Origin: Candidatus Omnitrophota bacterium
GTDB taxonomy: Bacteria; Omnitrophota; Gorgyraeia; B26-G9
Direction of reading: 5' to 3'
DNA: 64,000 bases
Assembly (NCBI GenBank): GCA_043814605.1
Contig: JBDRJV010000010.1
Span: forward strand, 1,340 to 65,339
Both the position numbers and the translations under genes were made by a program. Under the pieces are notes generated by a model. It worked only from the letters and a program-made list of their open reading frames with translations, ran no database searches and had not been told where the DNA came from. Numbering within the stretch: position 1 is the first letter of the stretch; each line of letters starts with the position of its first letter. This document shows, piece after piece, positions 9,553 through 20,500 of the stretch.

Positions 9553-10506
9553 ATGGATTATGAAAAAATTGCTTTTATATTTCCCGGCCAGGGAGCTCAA
9601 TATGTAGGGATGGGTAAGGATTTATATCAGAAATTTGAATCGGCCAAGACAATTTTTGAAAAATCTAACGAATGTTTAGGCTTTGACTTAAAATCTATTT
9701 GTTTTGAAGGCCCACAAGAAGAACTAACACAAAGTGCAATTTGTCAGCCGGCAATTCTTACGCTAAGTATTGCCGTGCTTGAGGTTTTAAAAGATAAGGA
9801 GGAATTTCAAGCTTTGATTCCTTATGCCTGTGCGGGTTTAAGTTTGGGTGAATATGCGGCATTAGTTGCTTGTGAAAGTTTAAAATTTGAGGATGCAGTT
9901 AGGTTAGTACATAAAAGAGGGCAATTTATGGATACAGCTTCAAAGGAAAATCCCGGAACAATGTCTTGTATCCTCGGATTGGATATTACTAAGACAAAGG
10001 AAATTTGTCAGAAAACTAAAGCAGAAATAGCTAATTTAAATTGCCCGGGTCAAATTGTACTCTCAGGTTCAGTGCAGGCGATTGCTCAAGCAAATACATT
10101 AGCGAATGAGCAAGGGGCAAAACGGGTTATTCCGCTTGATGTTAGCGGTCCTTTTCATTCCAGCCTGATGTCTTCTGCCGCAGCTAGTTTGAAAAAAGAG
10201 TTAGATAATGTAGAAATATCAAAGCCAAAAGTTATGTTTATACCTAATGTTACCGCACAGGAGACTGATGGTCCGGAACAAATCAGGCAATTACTAACCC
10301 AGCAGGTTGCGAGTACAACATACTGGGAAAAAAGTATTGGTAATTTAAGAAATCATAACATTAATACCTATCTGGAACTTGGTCCAGGAAAGGTGCTGAA
10401 AGGTCTTTTACAGCGAATTGACCGCAGCCTTGAAGTAATTAATCTGCAAAAAACTGCGGATTTTGATATTTTATTAGAAAAAATAATGGAGATACAGGGG
10501 GAATAA
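9553..10506 (+). CDS. fabD: malonyl-CoA:ACP transacylase
   Basis: FIFPGQGAQYVGMG and GLSLGEYAAL active-site serine motif. Confidence 0.9.
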   Translation: MDYEKIAFIFPGQGAQYVGMGKDLYQKFESAKTIFEKSNECLGFDLKSICFEGPQEELTQSAICQPAILTLSIAVLEVLKDKEEFQALIPYACAGLSLGEYAALVACESLKFEDAVRLVHKRGQFMDTASKENPGTMSCILGLDITKTKEICQKTKAEIANLNCPGQIVLSGSVQAIAQANTLANEQGAKRVIPLDVSGPFHSSLMSSAAASLKKELDNVEISKPKVMFIPNVTAQETDGPEQIRQLLTQQVASTTYWEKSIGNLRNHNINTYLELGPGKVLKGLLQRIDRSLEVINLQKTADFDILLEKIMEIQGE

Positions 10507-10507
10507 T

Positions 10508-11248
10508 ATGAAATTAGAAGGTAAGGTTGCGGTTATTACTGGTGGAGCACAAGGCATTGGTAAGCAAATTGCGATCACATTAGCTAAAGAAGGAGCAAAT
10601 TGTGTAATCTGTGATGTGAATGAGGAAGAACTGCAAAAAGCCGCAACAGAAATTCAAACTCAAGGAGTAAAGTGTTTACCAGTAGTTTTAAATGTAACAA
10701 ATTTATCTCAATGCGAGCAAATGGTAAACAAAATTATTGACAAATTCAAAAAAATAGATATACTAATCAATAATGCAGGGATAACCCGAGACGGGTTATT
10801 TATTCGAATGCGTGAAGAAGACTGGGATTCAGTCATTGCTGTTAATTTGAAAGGGACTTTTAACTGCACCAAAGCTACCGTTAAAGTAATGCTTAAACAA
10901 AGAGCGGGAAGCATAGTTAATGTCGCTTCAATCATTGGACTTATGGGTAATATGGGTCAGGCTAATTATGCCGCATCTAAGGCTGGAATAATTGGTTTGA
11001 CGAAGAGTGTAGCAAAAGAAGTAGCTTCTCGTAATATTAATGTAAATGCTATTGCTCCTGGGTTTATTGAAACAAAAATGACTCAAGTTTTATCCGAAGA
11101 TGTAAAAACAGCAATGCTAAAACAGATTCCGTTGAATAGGTTTGGAAATTCAGAAGATGTAGCAAAATTAGTGTTATTTTTAGTCAGTGATGACGCAAGC
11201 TATATCACAGGCCAGGTAATTCAAATAGATGGCGGGATGTTGATGTAG
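10508..11248 (+). CDS. fabG: 3-oxoacyl-ACP reductase
   Basis: SDR family: TGGAQGIG, NNAG, YAASKAG catalytic motif. Confidence 0.9.
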   Translation: MKLEGKVAVITGGAQGIGKQIAITLAKEGANCVICDVNEEELQKAATEIQTQGVKCLPVVLNVTNLSQCEQMVNKIIDKFKKIDILINNAGITRDGLFIRMREEDWDSVIAVNLKGTFNCTKATVKVMLKQRAGSIVNVASIIGLMGNMGQANYAASKAGIIGLTKSVAKEVASRNINVNAIAPGFIETKMTQVLSEDVKTAMLKQIPLNRFGNSEDVAKLVLFLVSDDASYITGQVIQIDGGMLM

Positions 11249-11272
11249 CATCTTGAAAGGAGGAAGTAAAAA

Positions 11273-11515
11273 ATGGCAGTTGAAGATAAAGTGAAATCAA
11301 TAATTGTTGATCAGTTAGGAGTTAAAGCAGAGGAAGTAACAGCAACAGCTTCTTTTGTGGATGATTTAGGTGCTGATTCTCTGGATACAGTAGAGTTGGT
11401 AATGGCGCTGGAAGAAGAGTTTGGGATTGAGATTCCAGATGAAGATGCTGAGAAAATGACTACTGTAGGCGAAGCAATTAAATATATTGACAGCAAAAGC
11501 AGCAATAAAGAATAG
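11273..11515 (+). CDS. acpP: acyl carrier protein
   Basis: [20 protein letters not shown] phosphopantetheine-attachment motif. Confidence 0.95.
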   Translation: MAVEDKVKSIIVDQLGVKAEEVTATASFVDDLGADSLDTVELVMALEEEFGIEIPDEDAEKMTTVGEAIKYIDSKSSNKE

Positions 11516-11611
11516 AGAAATCAATATTAAATTATCCCGTTAAACATATATTTTAGAAAAAGAAGCCATAGAGAGGAAAACCTGGGAATTAGTTTCTCTG
11601 AATAAAATATT

Positions 11612-12850
11612 ATGAATAGAAGACGTGTAGTTGTTACAGGTGTGGGAACAGTAACACCTGTTGGTAATACAAAACAAGAATTTTGGAATGCTCTTTGTGA
11701 AGGGAAAAATGGCGCAGGGAAAGTTAGCTATTTTGATGTCTCAGAATTTTCTTCACAAATTGATGCGGAAGTAAAAAATTTTGATCCTACCTATTGTATT
11801 AATCCCAAAGAACTCAAACGCATGGATAGATTTGTCCAATTTGCGGTATGTGCAAGCAAAATGGCGTTTGATGATTCCGGGGTTAATTTAGACAAAGAAG
11901 ATCCTACCAGAATTGGAGTCCTTATTGGTACAGGAATTGGCGGGTTGCATGTTGTGGAAGAACAGCAGGTTACTTATATGAAAAAAGGCCCAAAACGCAT
12001 ATCGCCTTTTTTAATTCCGATGCTTATTGTTAATATGGCTCCGGGACAGGTATCGATAAGCTTAGGATTAAAAGGTCCTAATTCCTGCGTAACAACTGCT
12101 TGTGCTTCCGGCGGTCATTCCATTGGCGATGCATTTATTTTAATCCAAAGGGGTGATGCGGAAATGATGCTTGCTGGCGGAACAGAAAGCTGTATTACAC
12201 CTTTAGGTTTTGGCGGTTTTTGTGCAATTAAAGCATTAACAACAAGAAATGATGATCCTTTACATGCTTGTCGTCCTTTTGATAAGGAAAGAGATGGGTT
12301 TTTAATGGCAGAAGGTTCAGGGATTGTAATGCTTGAAGAATATGAGCATGCTAAAGCCAGAGGTGCGAATATTTATGCAGAAATAGTCGGATACGGCCAA
12401 AGCGGTGATGCTTATCATATTACTGCGCCTGACCCAACAGGAGATGGGGGAGCCAGATGTATGCGGAGTGCACTTAATGATGCTAATGTTAGTATCGAAG
12501 CTGTTGATTATATTAATGCACATGGGACATCTACTCCTATGAATGATAAGGTAGAAACTTTAGCAATTAAAAAAGTTTTTCAGGAATATGCTAAAAAAGT
12601 AGCGATAAGTTCGACAAAATCTATGACCGGTCATTTACTCGGAGCTGCCGGAGGCGTAGAAGCTGCAGCATGCGTTTTAGCAATTAAATATGGGATTATT
12701 CCTCCCACAATAAACTATGAGCATCCAGACCCGGATTGCGACCTTGATTATGTGCCGAATACAGCGAGAAAACAACCCGTAAATGTTGCGATATCTAATT
12801 CGCTGGGTTTTGGTGGGCATAATGTAACTTTAGTATTTAAAAAAGCTTAA
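11612..12850 (+). CDS. fabF: 3-oxoacyl-ACP synthase II
   Basis: KAS II motifs: active-site Cys (TACASG) and HGTST His motifs. 412 aa. Confidence 0.9.
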   Translation: MNRRRVVVTGVGTVTPVGNTKQEFWNALCEGKNGAGKVSYFDVSEFSSQIDAEVKNFDPTYCINPKELKRMDRFVQFAVCASKMAFDDSGVNLDKEDPTRIGVLIGTGIGGLHVVEEQQVTYMKKGPKRISPFLIPMLIVNMAPGQVSISLGLKGPNSCVTTACASGGHSIGDAFILIQRGDAEMMLAGGTESCITPLGFGGFCAIKALTTRNDDPLHACRPFDKERDGFLMAEGSGIVMLEEYEHAKARGANIYAEIVGYGQSGDAYHITAPDPTGDGGARCMRSALNDANVSIEAVDYINAHGTSTPMNDKVETLAIKKVFQEYAKKVAISSTKSMTGHLLGAAGGVEAAACVLAIKYGIIPPTINYEHPDPDCDLDYVPNTARKQPVNVAISNSLGFGGHNVTLVFKKA

Positions 12851-13043
12851 CTATAATTATTAAAATAAATTTTAAACATTGAGGGCAACCATAAAAGTTG
12901 TCCTCAATTTTTTAGGAATTAGCCAATTGACAGTAAATATAATTTTAGGTATAATAAATTTCTATTTTATTACTTCAAGAATCGCTTAACTCAATAAATT
13001 TATAGAGTTTAAATATTTAGTCAATTGAAAGGGGTGTCAAATT

Positions 13044-14211
13044 ATGGATTATTTGCTTACTGAGGAGCAGCTAATGGTAAGAGATCTGGCCAGAAAAATT
13101 GCTCAGGAAAAATTAAAACCTGTAGTGGCTGAATATGATCAACAGGAGAAATTTCCTTGGCCAATTATGAAACTACTTGCTGAATCTGATCTTTTTGGAG
13201 TTTATATTGATGAAAAATACGGGGGGAATGGGTGCAGGAGTTCTGGAATTATGTTTAGTTACCGAAGAACTTTCCCGTATTTGCGGTGGAGTTGCCGTAA
13301 GTTATGCGGCAAGCGCATTGGGGACTGATCCGATTATTCTTTTTGGCTCAGAAGAGCAAAAGAAAAAATATTTACCAGATTTAGCTAGCGGTAAAAAAAT
13401 TGCGGCTTTTGGTGTGACTGAACCTAATGCAGGTAGTGACGCCGGGGCAATTGAAACTACAGCGAAAAAAACCGGGGATCATTATATTTTAAACGGGACA
13501 AAGCATTTTATTACTAACGGGGGAGAAGCGGAAATATATGTAATTATCGCTATGACCGATAAAGCCAAGGGCCAACGCGGTTCTAGTGCTTTTATTGTCG
13601 AAAAAGGAACCCCTGGTTTTACATTTGGCAAAAAAGAAGAAAAATTAGGAATTCGCACTTCCACTACCAGTGAACTTATTTTTCAAGATTGTAAGGTTCC
13701 CAAGGCTAATCTATTAGGTAAAGAGGGCATGGGGTTTATAATCACCATGAAAACATTTGATTTATCTCGTCCGGGAGTTGCGGCTCAAGCATTAGGAATA
13801 GCGCAAGGATCACTGGATCTGGCTTTGGAGTATTCACGGCAGCGAGTACAGTTTGGTAAACCGATTTCTAGTTTTCAAGGAATTCAATTTATGCTTGCAG
13901 ATATGGCAACACAAATTGAAGCAGCCCGGGGGCTTGTTTATGGTGTAGCGCGAATGATTGATAGCGGCAACACAAAGGTTGCTAAGGAATCAGCCATGGC
14001 TAAATTATTTGCATCTGATGTTGCGATGAAAGTCAGTATTGATGCAGTACAAATATTTGGTGGTTATGGATATATGCGTGATTATCCAATTGAGAAATTC
14101 ATGCGTGATGCTAAAATTACCCAGATATATGAAGGCACCAACCAAATTCAGCGCAGTATTATTGCGGCGAATTTAATCAAAGAAGCTTTAGCTGCTTCAA
14201 AAAAGGTTTAA
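13044..14211 (+). CDS. acyl-CoA (butyryl-CoA-type) dehydrogenase, interrupted by a +1 frameshift in a G6 tract (13221-13226)
   Basis: The N-terminal 60 aa sit in one frame (ORF 13044..13328) and the remaining ACAD sequence in another (13177..14211). The junction ..EKYGG|MGAGV.. is restored by deleting one G of GGGGGG. Confidence 0.7.
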
Positions 14212-14217
14212 CCAATT

Positions 14218-15012
14218 ATGAATATTATTGTTTGTATAAAACAAGTCCCGGATACAACTGATGTCCGGATTAATCCAGAGACAAATACTTTAATTAGAGA
14301 TGGAGTTCAATCAATTATTAACCCTTTTGATATGTATGCAATTGAAGAAGCGTTAAGGTTAAGGGAACGTTTTAAAGGAAAAGTTACGGTAATAACTATG
14401 GGGCCGCCGCAGGCGGAATCAGCTTTAAGGGAAGCGCTTTCATTAGGGGTTGATGAGGCAGTTTTATTATCAGATCGGGCATTTGCCGGAAGTGATACTT
14501 TAGCGACTAGTTATGCTTTAGCGCGGGCAATAGAAAAATTAGGCGGTGTAGATATAATTATCTGCGGTAAACAGGCGATTGATGGTGATACAGCTCAAGT
14601 TGGCCCAGGAATTTCTGTTTGGCTGGATATTCCGCAGGTTGCTTATGTTAAAAAGATTGAGGATGTTAGAGAAGAAAAAGGCAAAAATATTTTTCGGGTG
14701 CAAAGAATGGTTGAAGAAGGGTATGAAGTCTTGGATATCCCTGTACCGTGTCTTTTTACTGTGGTTAAAGAGATTAATGAACCCCGAATGCCTTCATTAA
14801 AAGGCATGATGCGGTCTAAAAAGGCAGAGATTATTAAATGGACAGCGGAAGATATTCAAGCCCAGGAAAAAAAGATTGGCTTGGATGGTTCTCCGACTCA
14901 AGTTGTGAAGATTTTCAGCCCTCCGGCTCGGGCCGGAGGTCAAAAGCTTATGGGAGAACCGGAAGATATTGCGGAAAAATTAGCAGAGTTGTTAAAAGAT
15001 AAAATTATTTAA
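14218..15012 (+). CDS. etfB: electron transfer flavoprotein beta subunit
   Basis: MNIIVCIKQVPDT start and EtfB fold sequence. Adjacent to ACAD and etfA. Confidence 0.85.
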   Translation: MNIIVCIKQVPDTTDVRINPETNTLIRDGVQSIINPFDMYAIEEALRLRERFKGKVTVITMGPPQAESALREALSLGVDEAVLLSDRAFAGSDTLATSYALARAIEKLGGVDIIICGKQAIDGDTAQVGPGISVWLDIPQVAYVKKIEDVREEKGKNIFRVQRMVEEGYEVLDIPVPCLFTVVKEINEPRMPSLKGMMRSKKAEIIKWTAEDIQAQEKKIGLDGSPTQVVKIFSPPARAGGQKLMGEPEDIAEKLAELLKDKII

Positions 15013-15045
15013 TATTTAAATTATTAAAAAAATAAAGAGAAAATT

Positions 15046-16230
15046 ATGGCAATTGAAGTTATTCAAGAAAAATGTGTTGGTTGTAAATTATGTTTAAAAT
15101 CATGCCCTTATGACGCAATTGATATAGTTAATAATGTGGCGGTAATTAATGATAAGTGTACGCTTTGCGGAGCATGTGTGGAGAGTTGTAAATTTGATGC
15201 TATTCTTTTAAGAAAACATGAAGAAGTTGAGATAAATCTTGATGAATACCAGGATGTTTGGGTTTTTGCCGAACAAAAAAAAGGGAAAATTCAGTCAGTA
15301 GTGTATGAACTCTTAGGTGAGGGTAAAAAACTTGCTCAAAAAAGGAAACAAAAATTAGCTGCGGTTTTGTTAGGAGATAAAGTTAAAGCCAGGGCAAAAG
15401 AGTTAATTGCCCGCGGTGCCGATAAAGTTTATTTACTGGAGCATCCGGCGCTTGTAAATTATCAGGCGGAAATTTATGCAAATGCATTAACAAAGATTAT
15501 TCAAGATTATAAGCCAGAAATTGTGTTAACCGGAGCCACAACCATTGGCCGTTCTGTAATTCCCCGGGTTGCGGTTGAGTTAAAAACAGGTCTTACTGCG
15601 GATTGTACGGGGTTAGATATTGATGAAGAAAGAGGGATGCTGCTGCAAACCCGTCCGGCTTTTGGCGGTAATATTATGGCCACAATTATTTGTCCCAGCC
15701 GACGGCCGCAAATGGCTACGGTAAGACATAAGGTGATGAAAGAGGCAGAAGTTGATAATAGCAATAAGGGAGAAGTTATTGAGATTGATGCGAAAAGTAT
15801 TAATTTTAAAGCCAAGGCTAGGTTTATTGACAGCATTGAAGAAATTGAGTCAACGATTAATATTGCGGAGGCAGATATAATTGTTTCCGGTGGCCGGGGA
15901 ATGGGTAATGCGGAGAATTTTAAACTACTGGAACAATTTGCAAAAACTATTGGCGCAGCTGTCGGTGCTTCACGGGCTGCTGTAGATAGCGGGTATATTC
16001 CTTATTCACATCAGGTCGGCCAAACCGGAAAAACAGTGTGTCCAAAAATTTATTTTGCCTGCGGAATTTCCGGGCAAATCCAGCATTTAGTAGGCATGCA
16101 ATCATCCGATATTATTGTTGCCATTAATAAGGATCCGGATGCGCCGATTTTTAAAGTTGCTACCTACGGCATTGTTGGCGATTTATTTACAATAATTCCA
16201 GTATTAATTAAAAAATTCCAGAAAAAATAA
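15046..16230 (+). CDS. etfA: electron transfer flavoprotein alpha subunit with N-terminal 2x[4Fe-4S] ferredoxin domain
   Basis: N-terminus has two CxxCxxCxxxCP motifs. The C-terminal part is an EtfA FAD-binding domain (…SGGRGMG…). Confidence 0.85.
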   Translation: MAIEVIQEKCVGCKLCLKSCPYDAIDIVNNVAVINDKCTLCGACVESCKFDAILLRKHEEVEINLDEYQDVWVFAEQKKGKIQSVVYELLGEGKKLAQKRKQKLAAVLLGDKVKARAKELIARGADKVYLLEHPALVNYQAEIYANALTKIIQDYKPEIVLTGATTIGRSVIPRVAVELKTGLTADCTGLDIDEERGMLLQTRPAFGGNIMATIICPSRRPQMATVRHKVMKEAEVDNSNKGEVIEIDAKSINFKAKARFIDSIEEIESTINIAEADIIVSGGRGMGNAENFKLLEQFAKTIGAAVGASRAAVDSGYIPYSHQVGQTGKTVCPKIYFACGISGQIQHLVGMQSSDIIVAINKDPDAPIFKVATYGIVGDLFTIIPVLIKKFQKK

Positions 16231-16368
16231 TCTGCAGATTAAAGATCCCGTAGATGCGAAACTCCGAAGAAATTCTAGAGAAGTTACTCTCTTCGGAGCA
16301 AAAGACTAAAGACCAGAAACTAAAACATACTCTTATAAGTTAATTTGTAAAAAATTATAATAATTTAC

Positions 16369-17070
16369 ATGTTCAATGGAAAAAAGCAAAAATTGCCGCA
16401 TTTCCCTATCCTGGTTATAATCGTTATTATAATCGTAATTTATATTCTAATGTATTTTCATCCGCATTATTTTACTGCCTACGATAAAAAATTAATTAAT
16501 GATTTTATCAATATTTTTTGGCTGTTTATTGGTTGTTATTTTATTGTGGATATCTTGAACAGAAAGTTAGTTTCTAGCTCTAAGGTTACGAATAAAATCC
16601 CGCAAAATTTTAAAAGGCACATATCCAAGGATAAAACTTTTAGTTTTTATTATCCAAAAAACTGGCAGTTGACCCGTGCTAAAGACCCTCTTTTATATAT
16701 ACAAGCTAAAGAACCGCATATTGAAAAAACAGATTTTTTAAAAAACTTTAATATTTCTTTTCAAAATATTACCGCTGCGGTTGATTTGGAGTTATTGTTT
16801 AAGATGGTTAAAGAAGGCGTATTATCTGGCTTGACAGATGCAAAATTAGAATACGAAACTATTTTTCATACAAGAAATTTATACGGAATTATTTATAAAA
16901 TTAATTACAAAAATAATAATGGATTAAAATTATGTTGCTATCAGATACCCATGACAAATAATTCTAAAACAAAAATGGTAATTCTAACTTTTACGGCTAA
17001 AGCTAAAGATTTTCCGCAAGCGAAATCTTTATTTGATACAATTGCCAACTTAATGGAAATTTCTAATTAA
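16369..17070 (+). CDS. hypothetical membrane protein
   Basis: Two N-terminal TM helices and no recognisable domain. Confidence 0.35.
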   Translation: MFNGKKQKLPHFPILVIIVIIIVIYILMYFHPHYFTAYDKKLINDFINIFWLFIGCYFIVDILNRKLVSSSKVTNKIPQNFKRHISKDKTFSFYYPKNWQLTRAKDPLLYIQAKEPHIEKTDFLKNFNISFQNITAAVDLELLFKMVKEGVLSGLTDAKLEYETIFHTRNLYGIIYKINYKNNNGLKLCCYQIPMTNNSKTKMVILTFTAKAKDFPQAKSLFDTIANLMEISN

Positions 17071-17478
17071 AAAAATAAAAAAAGGGAAACTTTTTGATAA
17101 AAAGAATAGCTAATCAGGCAGATTTAAAACTGCGGAGACGGTATATTAATATTGTTTAATGGTTTTTTGAATTTTCAGGTTGATATAAAGATAACCTGCT
17201 GATAGTAAAGGGGTTAATGTGCTGCTTTATAAGCCATAAGGAAGTTTTTAGTGATAATTTACTGTTTGTGTGGGTTAATGCAGAAAATTTTTTAAAATTA
17301 TTAAGTGATAAAATTTTTATACATCCGCGGCCTAAAACCGCGCCCATTTATAGCGTGGATAAAAGGAGGCCGCTTGAGTATTCCACCCCAGGAACCACGG
17401 GCTTTAGCCCGTGGGGGTTCCATTTGTAGTTTTTGGTATTTAGTCTATAGTCTATGTATTACTATTTTATCAAATATC

Positions 17479-17507
17479 TTGCATATATAATTTAAATTTG
17501 TTATAAT
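17479..17507 (+). promoter_or_regulatory. sigma70-like promoter upstream of smc (TTGCAT-17nt-TATAAT)
   Basis: -35 TTGCAT at 17479-17484 and -10 TATAAT at 17502-17507, with a 17-nt spacer. Confidence 0.5.
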
Positions 17508-17556
17508 TTTTTAAAGCAAGGGAGTGCCCCTGCCAAAGTTTGTATAAGGATATAAA

Positions 17557-20500
17557 ATGTATTTTAAAAAGCTAGAACTTTATGGTTTCAAGTCTTTTGT
17601 TGAAAAAACCACGCTAATTTTTGAGCCCGGAGTAACAGCAATTGTTGGGCCTAATGGTACAGGAAAAAGTAATATTTCTGATGCCATAAAATGGGTTTTA
17701 GGTGAGCAGAGTGCAAAATCTATGCGTGGATCTAAAATGGAAGATGTTATATTTAACGGAACCGAATCCCAGCCTCCGGTTAATATGGCTGAAGTTTCCC
17801 TGACTCTTTCGAATAAAGAAAAACTCTTACCCATTGATTACGATGAAGTGATCATTACCCGCCGTCTTTACCGCTCGGGTGAAAGTGAATATTTACTGAA
17901 TAAAACTTTAGTTCGTTTAAAAGATGTCCATGAACTTTTAATGGGTACAGGAATTGGAACAGAAGCTTATTCATTACTGGAGCAGGGACGTATTGATGCA
18001 ATTTTGAGTTCAAAGCCAGAAGAAAGACGCGTTGTTTTTGAAGAAGCCAGTGGAATTACACGTTATAAAAAGAAAAAGAACGAAGCAATGCGTAAATTAG
18101 AGGCAACGGAAGAAAATCTTTTAAGAGTTAATGATATCGTTGTAGAAGTTAATCGTCAATTAGGGTCGATTCAAAGGCAAGTATCTAAAGCCCGGCGCTA
18201 TAAAGAACATTTTGAACAGTTGAAAACATTAGATACACAATATGCATATTGCGAATATAAAATTTTAGGAACGGAAAAAAATTCATTTCAAGAAAAAGAA
18301 AATAATTATCACCGCGAGCAAACAAATTTAGAAAATTATCTTAATGAATTAACCCAGTCATTTTCTCGCGTAAAAGAAACTCTTTCCCTGGTTGAGCAAG
18401 ATTACAACCAGCTAAACAATAAAGTAATTAGTGCCAGCACTCAAATCGAAAAAAATTCTGACAGGATAAACCTGAATAAGGAACGGATTGATGAATTTAC
18501 ACAACGGGTAAGCAGTTTAGGCCTGGACATTGAAAATGCTAATAAAAAAATCCGTGAATTAACACAGCAATTATCTTTATTGCAAACTAAAATTGATCTT
18601 TTTACAGAGGAAAAAAATTCAAAAGAACACAATTTAAACTTAAAGCAGGCAACAATTTCGGAAATTGAAGGAGTAATCAAAACTACGCACCAAGTGGTGG
18701 ATGAAAATCGTTTAAGTGCCGTAAAATTACTCTCAGAACATGCACAAATTAAAAACGAATTAGCAAAACTTTCCGCGAATATTCATAATGCACAGTCACG
18801 ATTATTGCGTTTGAACCAAGAAAAAGAGAAAACAAATCAGGAGCTTAAAATAATCAATTCTCAGCTTCAAGAAAAAGCCAGTGAATTGGATCAGCTAAAC
18901 GGAAAAGTTGATCACGAACAATTACAGGAGAATGATTTAAAACAAGCCTATAGTCAGCTTAAAGTACAAATTAAAGATTTAAAATTAAAAATTCAGGATG
19001 ATAAACAAACATTAGTGGGGTATCAATCTCAACTTGAAGTTTTAGAAAAATTAAATAAGGAGTATGAAGGTTTTTCAACGGCGGTAAAAACTTTAATGCG
19101 GAATAAAAAAGAAAACCCTGAAATTTTTAACGGGGTGCATGATGTTCTAGTTAATTTAATTGATGTAAACCCCGGTTTTGAATTAGCCGCAGAAACCGCA
19201 TTGGCAGAATATTTGCAGGCTGTTGTTGTCGATAATAAAGAAACTATAAATAGATTATATAATTTTATTTCAAATCAGAAATTAGGCCGTGTTAAATTTT
19301 TAATGCTTGATTCAATCGAAGATTGCCATTGCCAAGGGAATCAACAATCTGAAAAACAAGGGTTTAAAAAAATCAGCCAGACAATTAGCTGCCAGGATAA
19401 ATATAAAAAATTAATTAATTTTCTACTTAAAAACACATATTTAATCCCCGGGGAGAAAACTTCGGAATCTCAATTTTCTCAAGAAATTATTCCCGATACT
19501 GTTAGCGGTCCGCAGATTTCCGATGCGGGTATTGTTTTTTCCTGCGCGGCGGGGAATGCAAAAACAGTGGAAATAATCGGCGAATTTAATAATTGGGGTG
19601 CTTCAGAACGGATTAATTTAAATTTTTATTCGGATCGGATTTGGCGCACTCATATTAAATTGAAGGAGGGAACATATCGCTATAAATTTGTTATCGATAA
19701 CCAGGCGGTAACAGATCCGAATAATCCGTATAAAGAGGCAGACCAAAATGGTAACATAAATTCCGTAATTAAAATTATAACAGCTAATGTGAGTGGGGAA
19801 AAACAGGATTTGAATTTATGGGGCAAAGTTCAAACTAATGATCGGATTGTAAATATTAATGGAGAACTTTATTCTTCTGTTGAGTTTATTACTTCTTGTC
19901 TGACAGAGCAGGGGATTGGTTTAATTTCGCAAAAAGCCCGGATGCGGCAGTTAAAAATTGAATGTCAAAATCTGGAAAATGCAATAATTAGGGAAAAGCA
20001 GATAGACTCAGAAAAAGAGCAGCAAATGTTTAATCTGGAAACACAATTAAACCAATTGCATGAGCTGCTGCAGGAGGAGAAAATTGTTTTAGCAAATATA
20101 AATTCTGAAAAAGCTAATATTGAATCAACCAGAAAAAAACTTGATGATGAACTAGCCGTAATTGATATTGAGATAGATGAAACAATTCTTGATGAGAAAG
20201 AGTTAATAGAAAAAGAGTCTCAGAAGAAAGAAAGGCTTAAGGAAATTGATAAAGCAGCCGCCTTAAATGAACACGAAATGGCACGCGGACAAGAATTAAT
20301 CGCGATTAAAACTCAGGAAAGAGAAGAGCTTTTGATTATTATCTCTAAAATGAAAACTGAGTTTTCTCTTTTAAGCGAGCAGGAAGAAACATTAAATGCT
20401 AATTTTTCTATGTTGAAACAATCTCAAGCAGAACAGCAAAATAATGTTAATGAGTATTTAACATTAACTGAGGAACTGAAATTCAAGACAGAGGATTGTA

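Noticed and set aside
17156-17490. Small ORFs 17156..17347(-), 17217..17429(+), 17305..17490(+) in the spacer before smc
   Set aside because: They overlap one another and span a strong RNA hairpin. They lack an RBS, so the region is treated as non-coding and possibly an sRNA.
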